From a virus (taxonomy: Duplodnaviria > Heunggongvirae > Uroviricota > Caudoviricetes): DNA of 50,058 bases. Made by a program: the position numbers and the translations under genes. Below, piece after piece: positions 1-8,235 of this stretch (within the stretch, counting starts at the first letter, position 1; the number at the start of each line of letters is the position of its first letter). The notes beneath the pieces are model-generated. The model had not been told where the DNA came from and made no database searches. It saw only the letters and a program-made list of their open reading frames with translations. The DNA lies in IMG/VR virus record IMGVR_UViG_3300006153_000006. One strand, written 5' to 3'.

Positions 1-33
1 AGGCGGGGCGGCTTGCCCTTGCCTTTCACCCTA

Positions 34-54
34 CACCGCAAAGGGGCAACCCCC
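34..54 (+). repeat. 21-bp hairpin-forming repeat, copy 1 (CACCGCAAAGGGGCAACCCCC)
   Basis: Identical to 1359-1379; 18 bp of it recurs inverted at 36630-36647. Confidence 0.85.
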
Positions 55-125
55 TTTTGCCCAAACGTGGGCGGCGGGGTGCCTTTGCGGGGCCGTGGTG
101 ACAGGGCAAGCCTTCCCAAAGAGGG

Positions 126-163
126 AAAAAAAGAAAAGGGCCGGGGCTTAATTGCCCCGGCCC
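126..163 (-). terminator. Rho-independent terminator for the minus-strand HTH gene
   Basis: Perfect 10-bp GC stem GGGCCGGGGC/GCCCCGGCCC (138-163) followed on the minus strand by TTTTCTTTTTTT; lies just past the stop at 181. Confidence 0.9.
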
Positions 164-180
164 GTGTTGGGTGGTGGTCT

Positions 181-1206
181 TTACTTTGCGGCGGGGACAA
201 GCCCCACGGCGGCGGCCTTTTTCTGTACCTTATGTAAGGCGTTTTGAACGGCCTGTTTTGTCACGCCTAAATATGTCGCAACCGCCTTTTCACCATATCC
301 ACGCAAACGCAATTCAACAATGCACCGTTGGTTGGTGGTCAATTCCAGACGGTCAAGAAGGGCTTGTAAGTCGTCCACCGTTTCCCGGTCAACGGTCACG
401 ACTTCGGCGGGCCGCTTTTCCGTGGGCTGTCCGGGAATGTAGTCACCGGGGCGGCGGGCGGCGGCTGTCTCTTGTCCGTCAATCCGGGCGGCCTTGCCCA
501 AACGGAAATAAACGGTATCGAGCGTTTCCGGGTCTTGTCCGTCAATGTAGATATGCCCATTTGCGGGGTCTGTTTTGACTGCTCTACTTTGCTCAATAGA
601 ACGGCGGACGGCTCTATAAACTTCCTGAATGGGGTTTGTTTCTTCTTCCCGATATGCGGCGCTGTCCGTGGTCTTGATATACACCTTACGAGCAAGGCGG
701 CGGACGGTGTATGGGCGTTCTGTCCACCCTTCCCCGGCGTTAGCGTGGGCGGCGGCCTGTTCCAGAAGAGCGGCGGCGCAATCATGGACAAGGTCTTGAC
801 CGTCGGAAATGGTATCTTCCAGAAGTTCATCAAGCCCCACGGCGGCGGCCTTGTCCACCTTTTCGGTATTGGCGTCCCCATTGGCGTTAAACTTCACCGC
901 ATAAGCGGCGGCGGCGGCGTTGGCGGTGTTGTCCAAAAGGGCCTTATCATGGGCAACCCCCCGCCGCAAAGATACAAGGGCCGGGGAAAGTCCGCTATTG
1001 CTCACGCTGTCCCGGCCTTGCGCCGCCTTGCGTTGGGGGTCAATAACTTTCCGCAAACAAGCGAACACAATAGAGCGGGAAAGGGCGTAAAGTTCGGCGG
1101 CGTAGTCCCCGGCGGCGTATGCCTTCTCAAAATCAGAGAGAAGGACGTGAAAAGTGGTTTTGCGGGTCTTTGCGTTGGGGGTCTTGTTGGTGGTCTGTTT
1201 TTTCAT
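181..1206 (-). CDS. Hypothetical protein with C-terminal sigma70-region-4/LuxR-like HTH
   Basis: 341-aa ORF with purine-rich RBS (GGAAAGGAAGG), its own promoter and terminator; C-terminus LTTNQRCIVELRLRGYGEKAVATYLGVTKQAVQNALHKVQKK is HTH-like. Confidence 0.75.
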   Translation of the reverse strand: MKKQTTNKTPNAKTRKTTFHVLLSDFEKAYAAGDYAAELYALSRSIVFACLRKVIDPQRKAAQGRDSVSNSGLSPALVSLRRGVAHDKALLDNTANAAAAAYAVKFNANGDANTEKVDKAAAVGLDELLEDTISDGQDLVHDCAAALLEQAAAHANAGEGWTERPYTVRRLARKVYIKTTDSAAYREEETNPIQEVYRAVRRSIEQSRAVKTDPANGHIYIDGQDPETLDTVYFRLGKAARIDGQETAAARRPGDYIPGQPTEKRPAEVVTVDRETVDDLQALLDRLELTTNQRCIVELRLRGYGEKAVATYLGVTKQAVQNALHKVQKKAAAVGLVPAAK

Positions 1207-1298
1207 GGTGTTTCCTTCCTTTCCGTTGGCGGCGTAGTGTTTTGTGGTTTGGGTTTGTGGTGGTGAAGGGGCGGCCGCCTTGCGCCCCCTTCACCGAT

Positions 1299-1327
1299 AG
1301 TATAAGCCCGGGGAAATACATTGTCAA
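1299..1327 (-). promoter_or_regulatory. sigmaA/sigma70 promoter (leftward)
   Basis: Minus strand reads TTGACA-17 bp-TATACT, about 90 bp upstream of the ATG at 1206. Confidence 0.85.
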
Positions 1328-1358
1328 GATAATTTTTCAATTTCTTCCCCATGTCCAT

Positions 1359-1379
1359 CACCGCAAAGGGGCAACCCCC
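1359..1379 (+). repeat. 21-bp hairpin-forming repeat, copy 2
   Basis: Identical to 34-54. Confidence 0.85.
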
Positions 1380-1598
1380 GCCGCCGTGGTGGTGTTGGGT
1401 GGTGGTGACGTTTGCCCAACGTTGCAATTTATCACTATGCCACATAGGGGGGGGTGGTTATGGTATTTTTGCGGCCCTGTTCACAGCAAACCAGATGTAG
1501 TCACTTTTTCTCCCACACACTCCCCAAAATTCCATCGTCTTTCTCCCGCTCGTCCGTTGGCGTGTAGGGGAAGCAAAGTCTCCAGAGGAGTATCGCAG

Positions 1599-1664
1599 GT
1601 TAAGCCATTTACGTGCTGCTGTTCTCACCAGAATGGAGGATCACAACAAAGGAAATGGCTTAAC
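1599..1664. repeat. 12-bp perfect inverted repeat with 42-bp interior
   Basis: GTTAAGCCATTT (1599-1610) / AAATGGCTTAAC (1653-1664). Confidence 0.8.
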
Positions 1665-1714
1665 AACGCAACATCAACTTTGACTGATTTTTCTTCTGAA
1701 AATGCTTGAAAATA

Positions 1715-1730
1715 TTATTTAATTATCTTG
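1715..1730 (-). promoter_or_regulatory. Recurrent 16-bp motif, copy overlapping the -35 box (CAAGATAATTAAATAA on minus strand)
   Basis: 15/16 identical to 42121-42136; related copies at 1768-1783 and 4551-4566; partial copy at 1323-1334. Confidence 0.7.
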
Positions 1731-1756
1731 ACTTTGTAAGCTTTCTATGATATAAT
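1728..1756 (+). promoter_or_regulatory. sigmaA/sigma70 promoter with extended -10 (rightward)
   Basis: TTGACT-17 bp-TATAAT with TG immediately upstream of the -10; RBS AAAAGGAG at 1821-1828 before ATG 1837. Confidence 0.9.
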
Positions 1757-1767
1757 ACAGCTATATC

Positions 1768-1783
1768 GAAGATAACTAAATAG
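1768..1783 (+). promoter_or_regulatory. Recurrent 16-bp motif copy (GAAGATAACTAAATAG) just downstream of the predicted +1
   Basis: 14/16 identical to 42121-42136. Confidence 0.6.
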
Positions 1784-1836
1784 TTCATATTGAGTGTCAC
1801 AGATACTCACCAGTTGAAGTAAAAGGAGTTAGAGCT

Positions 1837-2655
1837 ATGAGCAGCATCATTCAGTTTCCACTGCCACAAGAGAATACCATCGACCTACACGCCGTTCAGT
1901 CCAGCGCTCGAAAGCTGAAGGCTGGTCTCATCTCCCCAGCCATTGAAGATACCACCTGCGAGTTGGCCAGTGAACACACCTCTGAACCCATTAAGAGTAT
2001 GGACGATATCATCCGTGTGTCACAGTACCTCATCGAGAACAAAAGGTACAGGGACAACATGCTCTTCATCGTTGGTATCAACTTCGGTCTTCGCGTCAGC
2101 GATCTGCGTTTGCTCAGGTTCTCCCATATCATCAACGAACAGTTCGCCTTCAAAGACAGCTTTGCTATTCTGGAGAAGAAAACCAAGAACACCAGAAAGC
2201 ATAAGAAGAACCGGTATATCACCATCAATACCGCCGTTGTCGAAGCTGTCACCCTGTACCTTGAGAATACACCCAACGTGAGGTTGAGCGATTACATGTT
2301 CCGGTCTGAGAGCAACCACGGTTCTTCCTCGAACCAACCTCTCCACCGCAACACCATCGATAATATCATGAAGGGTATTGCCGACGACCTCGGCCTTGGC
2401 AATAAGATGTCCACTCACTCTTTGAGAAAAACATTTGCCTATCACCAGATGGTTATGTCTGGCAACGATCCGCGCAAACTGCTTCTTCTCCAAAAGATGT
2501 TTGGTCACTCCACCGCTGCTCAGACACTGGACTATATCGGTATCACCGGCGAGGAGATCGACGAAGCATACCGTAACCTCAACCTGGGAAGCACTACCTG
2601 CAACTACCTTGTGGATAGTTCTCTTCTGGAGAGTACGGAACAGTCTGCCGGTTAA
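1837..2655 (+). CDS. Tyrosine recombinase/integrase family protein (XerC-like catalytic domain)
   Basis: Catalytic motifs GINFGLRVSDL (R), HSLRKTF (H-x-x-R), MFGHS (H) and TLDYIG (Y); 272 aa. Confidence 0.93.
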   Translation: MSSIIQFPLPQENTIDLHAVQSSARKLKAGLISPAIEDTTCELASEHTSEPIKSMDDIIRVSQYLIENKRYRDNMLFIVGINFGLRVSDLRLLRFSHIINEQFAFKDSFAILEKKTKNTRKHKKNRYITINTAVVEAVTLYLENTPNVRLSDYMFRSESNHGSSSNQPLHRNTIDNIMKGIADDLGLGNKMSTHSLRKTFAYHQMVMSGNDPRKLLLLQKMFGHSTAAQTLDYIGITGEEIDEAYRNLNLGSTTCNYLVDSSLLESTEQSAG

Positions 2656-2858
2656 GCCAGACGGAGCGCACCTTGACAACTGAATATCATATATGAGCAT
2701 CTCAATTATGGTCGCTTTGTCTGTCCCCATCGTTTCACTGATGGCAGACAAGGTTGATTTTATCGCCGGCTTTTGCCGGCTGATTTATCCGATCCAAGAT
2801 CAGAATACGAAAGCGGGGGTAAAACAGGGCTCAAAATACGGGCAAAAAAAAGTGGCCT

Positions 2859-2879
2859 TGGTACACTCGGAGTGTACCA
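2859..2879. repeat. 21-bp palindrome TGGTACACTC-G-GAGTGTACCA, with an extra half-site at 3020-3028
   Basis: Perfect 10-bp arms around one base; AGTGTACCA recurs at 3020; AAAGTGCCA occurs at 3057 and 3076. Confidence 0.8.
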
Positions 2880-3141
2880 TTTCAAAAATTAGCCCTTCTG
2901 CCACAATGGTTTCAAGCCCTCGACTTATTAAATATAATAAGAAAAAACAAAGCAGACGATCATAACGTGAAAACCAAGCTATAAAGACCATGTATGGAAA
3001 CGCTGACGCGCGGAAAATTAGTGTACCAAAAAATCTCAGCGCTCTTCAAAAGAACAAAAGTGCCAAAAGACGCCCAAAGTGCCACCATTTACTGTTCTTA
3101 CTGGTGAGAATTGAAACAAGATCGGAGGTGATCCTCCCCAG

Positions 3142-4377
3142 ATGGAACAAAAAAGAAAGAAAATCATGATTGTGGACGCCCGGATGGGACGGGGAAAATC
3201 CTCTGCCGCCATCCAATATATGAACCGATATAAGGGAAGCAAGTGCTTTTTGTACATCACTCCATATCTGACGGAAGTTGATCGAGTGTGTGAGAAGTGT
3301 GACTTTGAGGAACCGGATTGTGATTACACAAGTAAATCCAATCGACTCAAGGCACTGATGAAGAAGCGGTGCAACATCGCCTCCACACATTCCCTCTTTT
3401 CCATTATGGATGAGGAAGCACTATCTCTGGCGAGAGAACAGGGATACAACCTTATTGTGGACGAAAGTCTCTCCGTGATACAGGGCGTCCCCGTATCGCC
3501 GAAGGACAAGCAAATCATAATGACCAACCTTGCCTCTGTTGACGATGCCGGAAGAGTCCATTGGAACGAGGCCGACTACGAAGGCAAGTTTGACGGATAT
3601 AAGGCTATGGCGGATGCGGGAACGCTGTACCACTGCGGTGAAACGATGTATGAGGTCATGAGCCCGGACAGGTTTGAGGTATTTGACGAGATCTATATCC
3701 TGACCTATCTGTTTGACGGGCAGCTCCAGAAAGCCTACTTTGACTTTTTCGGGTTTGAGTACGACATCATTGGCGTGGAGCAGAATGAAGCGGGGTATTT
3801 CTTCTCTGGCAAGCCGGACGCTCCTCCCAATGTAGACTACTCTGAGCTTATCCACATCGTTGGCATGGACGATGGAGCTGACGCCAGGATGAACGCCGTA
3901 GGCAATGGAAGAACGGCTCTGTCAGCTTCGTGGTTCAAGCAGAGAAGCCGCAACAGCGAAGACATAAAAAACCTGCGTGGACATATGAGAAATTTTTTTG
4001 AGCGAAAGGCCAAGAGCTCTGCGGCCCGACGGCTGTGGACAACGTTCAAGGATGCTCGGGAATGGATGTACGGCCCCAAGAACCGATACGCCTCCAGCTT
4101 CCTATCCCTGAATGCCAGGGCGACAAACGCATATAAGGACGCCGACTGCGTCGCCTATCTGGTCAACCGCTTTGTTGACCCGAACATCGCCAAGTTCTTC
4201 GCCGAGAAGGATATCGTGATCGACCCGGAGAAGTTCGCGCTTTCGGAAATGCTCCAGTTTATCTGGAGAAGCGCCATTCGTGAGAACAAGCCGATCAACC
4301 TATACATACCAAGCATGAGGATGCGCTCCCTCCTGTTGGAGTGGATCGAGCAAACAAGCAACGGAGGTAATACATAA
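3142..4377 (+). CDS. P-loop NTPase, SF2 helicase-like (positionally like SPbeta YonV)
   Basis: Walker A DARMGRGKS, motif Ia-like LYITPYLTEV, Walker B NLIVDES, motif VI-like QFIWRSAIR; RBS GGAGG. Confidence 0.8.
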   Translation: MEQKRKKIMIVDARMGRGKSSAAIQYMNRYKGSKCFLYITPYLTEVDRVCEKCDFEEPDCDYTSKSNRLKALMKKRCNIASTHSLFSIMDEEALSLAREQGYNLIVDESLSVIQGVPVSPKDKQIIMTNLASVDDAGRVHWNEADYEGKFDGYKAMADAGTLYHCGETMYEVMSPDRFEVFDEIYILTYLFDGQLQKAYFDFFGFEYDIIGVEQNEAGYFFSGKPDAPPNVDYSELIHIVGMDDGADARMNAVGNGRTALSASWFKQRSRNSEDIKNLRGHMRNFFERKAKSSAARRLWTTFKDAREWMYGPKNRYASSFLSLNARATNAYKDADCVAYLVNRFVDPNIAKFFAEKDIVIDPEKFALSEMLQFIWRSAIRENKPINLYIPSMRMRSLLLEWIEQTSNGGNT

Positions 4378-4542
4378 GTGAGAAAGAAACATGGCTACCC
4401 TGCTCCAGATGGCTTTGAGCAGGATAAGGAAATACTACTATCATACGATTCAAGTGAAGAGGAGACCGAGCGGTTTATCGAGGAGATGCGCTTTGCGTTC
4501 CGCAAAGCATGGTTTGAATACATAGAAGAGTTCGAGTCTTGA
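4378..4542 (+). CDS. Small acidic hypothetical protein (54 aa, GTG start; absent from the ORF track)
   Basis: GGAGGT at 4363-4368; GTG directly after the upstream TAA; reads MRKKHGYPAPDGFEQDKEILLSYDSSEEETERFIEEMRFAFRKAWFEYIEEFES-stop. Confidence 0.7.
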   Translation: MRKKHGYPAPDGFEQDKEILLSYDSSEEETERFIEEMRFAFRKAWFEYIEEFES

Positions 4543-4550
4543 CACACTAT

Positions 4551-4566
4551 CAAGTTAATTAAATAG
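4551..4566 (+). promoter_or_regulatory. Recurrent 16-bp motif copy (CAAGTTAATTAAATAG) immediately before the RNA polymerase RBS
   Basis: 4549-4569 matches 42119-42139 at 19 of 21 positions. Confidence 0.7.
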
Positions 4567-4578
4567 TGAGGTGAGCCA

Positions 4579-7323
4579 ATGGCAAAACAGTTAGCGTGTC
4601 AGAGGTATATCTACAAGATCCGCAGCAGCCGTTTGCGGAAGGCGAAATGGAATCTCACTCTCCCCCTCTCTGAGGCGCGAAGGAACGACGAGCTGATCTC
4701 CCTGGCCGATAGCCAGGTGCTTCGTTGGTTGGATGAACTGAACGGCATCAAAGATGCAGACAGTCAAGCAAGAGAGCTGAAGGCAGAGATCCGTCGTGTC
4801 CGCAAGGAAAGCAACAGTCTGCAAAACAGACGTAAGTTGCGTAAGCTCTACGAGCAGCTCGATGCCCTCCAGTTCAAGCCGGACTATTTGTGCGTCATCA
4901 TGGACAAAGAGAAGGATTATATCCGGGCCTGCCGTGGGTTCAAGATCAACGGCGTCAAGTATCATCGGCTTCTGGGAACGAACGGCGGCGTAAAGAACTC
5001 CACCATCGTCTTTGTCAGTGACCGGCATTCTGCGGAGCTTCGCCGCCGCATCGATAACGGGCGGAACCCGGAGATGGAGCTGGTGGCTGCAAAGTTGGAG
5101 GCATACAAGGCGCTCACTTGCAGCGCATCGAACCCCGTCTCCATGCCACACGGTATTCTGGTCGTGCCGGATTGCGAGACTGAGTTTATCTCAGATATCG
5201 TCTATTTGAATGACGAGGGCGATGGCGAGCCGGTCATGGAGGAGCGGAAGGGCGTGCCTGTCCAGCTTGATGAGTCGGATGGGTACGGCATCATGCTCCC
5301 CTCTCTGGCGGACAGGTGGGCGAAGGAGCTTGGGCTCGACTACCGGCCCAGCGGCGTGAACACCCGGTTTGCCTGGGAGAAGGGTATGGTCTTCTGCTTC
5401 GACTTTCTGGAGTTCGCCGAACAAGTGGCCAAGAGCTACATCGTCAAGGACGCTTGGGGAAATGAAAAAGATATCCGGGATGTGGAGTTGATCCTCACCA
5501 CATCCATGGTCAAGCTGTGGGACAGTTATCCGAGTTGCGAGGAGTATGTCCGGAATTGCATGGAGAACAAATATTCCTTCGGTGTTGCCAAGGTCTGCCC
5601 CAAGGCTTTGGAGTCCGAGCGCAATCTCAATTACCAGTTCATCCAGAGCTATGACTTGAGCGACGAGGATATCGACAGGTTGATTGCCCCGACGATGAAC
5701 GAGATCCGAGATGTGCTTAGCGACGACTGGCGAAAGACCATACTGTTTCTGAAGGGCGCAGGGCTGAATGAAAACAATGTGTGCCGCATCGACAACGATT
5801 ACGCCAAAGCCATCATGATAGACCAGCGTATGATAGACGACCCGTTTGTGCAGAGCGAGCTGTTCTCTCTTATCAAGACGCGGATCAACGAGGCGAAGGT
5901 TGGGGTGGTTAAAGTACACGGAAACTACTCCATCGTATCCGGCGACCCTTATTCCCTATGCCAAAGCATTTTTGGCATGGAGGTTACGGGCATCCTCAAG
6001 GCCGGTGAGATCTATAACGGCTACTGGGTCGATACGGCCTCCCGGCGTCTCGCCTGCTTCCGGGCTCCCATGACCTGTCACAACAACGTGCGTGCGGTCA
6101 TGGTGAACGACAGCGATGAGGCCAGACACTGGTACCGGAACATGGTGGCCTGCACCGTCTTCAACTCTTGGGATACGGCGGCTCACGCCCTGAATGGCAT
6201 GGACAAGGACGGAGACCTGGTTCTGCTCACAGACAACCAAGTGTTGGTAAACAAGCTCCGCCCCCTTCCCGCTTTGATGTGTGTTCAGAGGAAGGCCAAG
6301 AAGCGGATCGTTACAGAGGAGGACGCTATCCGGGCGAATATCAACAGCTTCGGAGATGATATTGGGAAGATCACCAACCGAATCACGGCGATGTTTGAGG
6401 TGCAGTCAAAGTTCAAGCCCGGGAGCCCAGAGTATGAGGAGCTTGACTACCGCATCAAATGCGGTCAACTTTTTCAGCAGAACGCCATCGATAAGGCCAA
6501 GGGTATTATTGCCAAGCCGATGCCACGTTCTTGGCACGACAGGCATTACGCACTTGCCATTGAGGACGTGGAGAAGCGAAAGCTGTACCTTTCCATTTTG
6601 GCCGATAAGAAGCCGTACTTTATGCGGTATATCTACCCAGACCTTGCGAAGCAGTATAACACATACATAAAGAACACCAACAAGAAGGCCAAGCGGCAGT
6701 TCCAGATGACCATCGACGAGCTGCTTGAGCTTGACCACATGAAGTTGGACGACGAGCAGGCGGAGTTCATCCACTATTACACCAAGTGTATGCCTGTGGG
6801 CGTGGGCGACTGTGTGACCAACCGCATCTGCAAACGGTTCGAGGCCGCGTTTGACGGCTATGTGGGTAAGCACAACTCCACGACGGGGTTTGACTACACC
6901 ATCATGAAAAGCGGTGCAGAGTATACCCAAACCCAGTACAGCACCATCCTGCGGCTCTATGAGGATTACACGAAGCGGCTTCACAGTTACGCCGTGTACG
7001 CCGCCAGAGAGCGTGTGGACGCCGATGAGGTCTTGTCCCATATCAGTATGATGAAGCATGAGTTTTCGGAGTCGTGTGGACAGGTATGCTCCAACTCCAC
7101 CACGCTGTGCGACATCATGCTCGATATATGCTACAAGAGGAGCTCCAGCAAACGCTTTGTGTGGAGTATATGCCACAACGAGATCATAGACAATCTGCTC
7201 CGAAACACGGGCGGGGTGATCCACTTCCCTGTTCTGGCGCAGGACGGGGACATCGAGTTCTGCGGAAACCGTTTCGTGCTTTGTGAGAAAGAGATCGGAG
7301 GAAACGAATGGGCATCGTCTTAA
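4579..7323 (+). CDS. yonO: YonO-like single-subunit RNA polymerase (cellular RdRP/double-psi beta-barrel family)
   Basis: 914 aa; catalytic GMDKDGD (DxDGD), SDGYG, FRAP (RxP) and GDPYS motifs recognised from the QDE-1/YonO family; SPbeta-like context. Confidence 0.88.
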   Translation: MAKQLACQRYIYKIRSSRLRKAKWNLTLPLSEARRNDELISLADSQVLRWLDELNGIKDADSQARELKAEIRRVRKESNSLQNRRKLRKLYEQLDALQFKPDYLCVIMDKEKDYIRACRGFKINGVKYHRLLGTNGGVKNSTIVFVSDRHSAELRRRIDNGRNPEMELVAAKLEAYKALTCSASNPVSMPHGILVVPDCETEFISDIVYLNDEGDGEPVMEERKGVPVQLDESDGYGIMLPSLADRWAKELGLDYRPSGVNTRFAWEKGMVFCFDFLEFAEQVAKSYIVKDAWGNEKDIRDVELILTTSMVKLWDSYPSCEEYVRNCMENKYSFGVAKVCPKALESERNLNYQFIQSYDLSDEDIDRLIAPTMNEIRDVLSDDWRKTILFLKGAGLNENNVCRIDNDYAKAIMIDQRMIDDPFVQSELFSLIKTRINEAKVGVVKVHGNYSIVSGDPYSLCQSIFGMEVTGILKAGEIYNGYWVDTASRRLACFRAPMTCHNNVRAVMVNDSDEARHWYRNMVACTVFNSWDTAAHALNGMDKDGDLVLLTDNQVLVNKLRPLPALMCVQRKAKKRIVTEEDAIRANINSFGDDIGKITNRITAMFEVQSKFKPGSPEYEELDYRIKCGQLFQQNAIDKAKGIIAKPMPRSWHDRHYALAIEDVEKRKLYLSILADKKPYFMRYIYPDLAKQYNTYIKNTNKKAKRQFQMTIDELLELDHMKLDDEQAEFIHYYTKCMPVGVGDCVTNRICKRFEAAFDGYVGKHNSTTGFDYTIMKSGAEYTQTQYSTILRLYEDYTKRLHSYAVYAARERVDADEVLSHISMMKHEFSESCGQVCSNSTTLCDIMLDICYKRSSSKRFVWSICHNEIIDNLLRNTGGVIHFPVLAQDGDIEFCGNRFVLCEKEIGGNEWASS

Positions 7324-8090
7324 ATGAACGTGAGTGGGTAGAGGCTGCCATCGCATCCAGGCAGCTTGGTAAGACACCGGCGGAAACGCTCTCCAAGCTG
7401 GCGAGGTATTACTACCATGCGGAAGGGTATAAAAAATCGGATGTGCGAAAGAAGCTGGAGGAGTTCATGCTCCAGTGCGACCCCCACATCGTTCTGGTCA
7501 AGTGGTCGGATCTGCTGGACAGTATCGTGCGGAACGTGAACAAGTATCCACTGATCGAGATAGACGGTATTGATATCACGGAGGCGGAGCTGGAGGTCAT
7601 CGCCTCGCTGAGTGGGGCACTTACCCAGCGCCTGGCTTTTACGCTTTTGTGCATTGCAAAGTATTGGAACACCGCCAACCCCGGAAACCGAAGCTGGGTC
7701 AATACGCCGGACAAGGATATCATGCGTATGGCCAACATCGGAACCTCTATCAAACGGCAGAGCGATATGTTCCACACCCTGAGACAGGCTGGGCTGCTGC
7801 GCTTCAGTAAGAAAGTTGATAGCCTGAACACACAGGTGCGGTTTATCAAGCCGAATAGCCCGGTGAAACTCCACATCAGCGACTTCCGCAATCTGGGCAA
7901 CCAGTACATGATGTATTGCGGCGGGGCATATATGCAGTGCGTCCAGTGCGGGTTGACGGTCAAGAGGCGTGGAAACGCGCAGAAATATTGCCCGGACTGC
8001 GCTGCTGAAATATATCTGAAACAGACGGTGGAATCAACCATGCGGCATAGGGCAGCCAAAGCAAATAACCTCAAAACTGAAAGTGATTGA
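7308..8090 (+). CDS. Hypothetical protein with possible winged HTH and C-terminal zinc ribbon
   Basis: 260 aa; overlaps the RNAP stop by 16 nt; CVQC...YCPDC cysteine pairs. Confidence 0.75.
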   Translation: MGIVLNEREWVEAAIASRQLGKTPAETLSKLARYYYHAEGYKKSDVRKKLEEFMLQCDPHIVLVKWSDLLDSIVRNVNKYPLIEIDGIDITEAELEVIASLSGALTQRLAFTLLCIAKYWNTANPGNRSWVNTPDKDIMRMANIGTSIKRQSDMFHTLRQAGLLRFSKKVDSLNTQVRFIKPNSPVKLHISDFRNLGNQYMMYCGGAYMQCVQCGLTVKRRGNAQKYCPDCAAEIYLKQTVESTMRHRAAKANNLKTESD

Positions 8091-8102
8091 AAACTGAAAT
8101 CA

Positions 8103-8196
8103 CCGCTATCCATTGGCACACAATGGATAGCGGGGAGCGTTATGCAGTCTCTTACTTGAATACAATTATACGTTTTTCTTTTTTTATTGTATTCAA
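8103..8196. promoter_or_regulatory. Two perfect inverted repeats in the AT-rich gap between the RNAP operon and downstream genes
   Basis: 13-bp arms at 8103-8115/8121-8133; 11-bp arms TTGAATACAAT/ATTGTATTCAA at 8156-8166/8186-8196. Confidence 0.6.
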
Positions 8197-8235
8197 AAAA
8201 AATCAAAAAATTTTTGTAGAAAAGGATGATAAAAC

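Noticed and set aside
1690-1704. CodY-box-like sequence TTTCTTCTGAAAATG
   Set aside because: Only 11/15 match to AATTTTCWGAAAATT in AT-rich DNA; too weak to call.
2673-2701. TTGACA after the first recombinase as a promoter
   Set aside because: No -10-like hexamer at 16-18 bp spacing.
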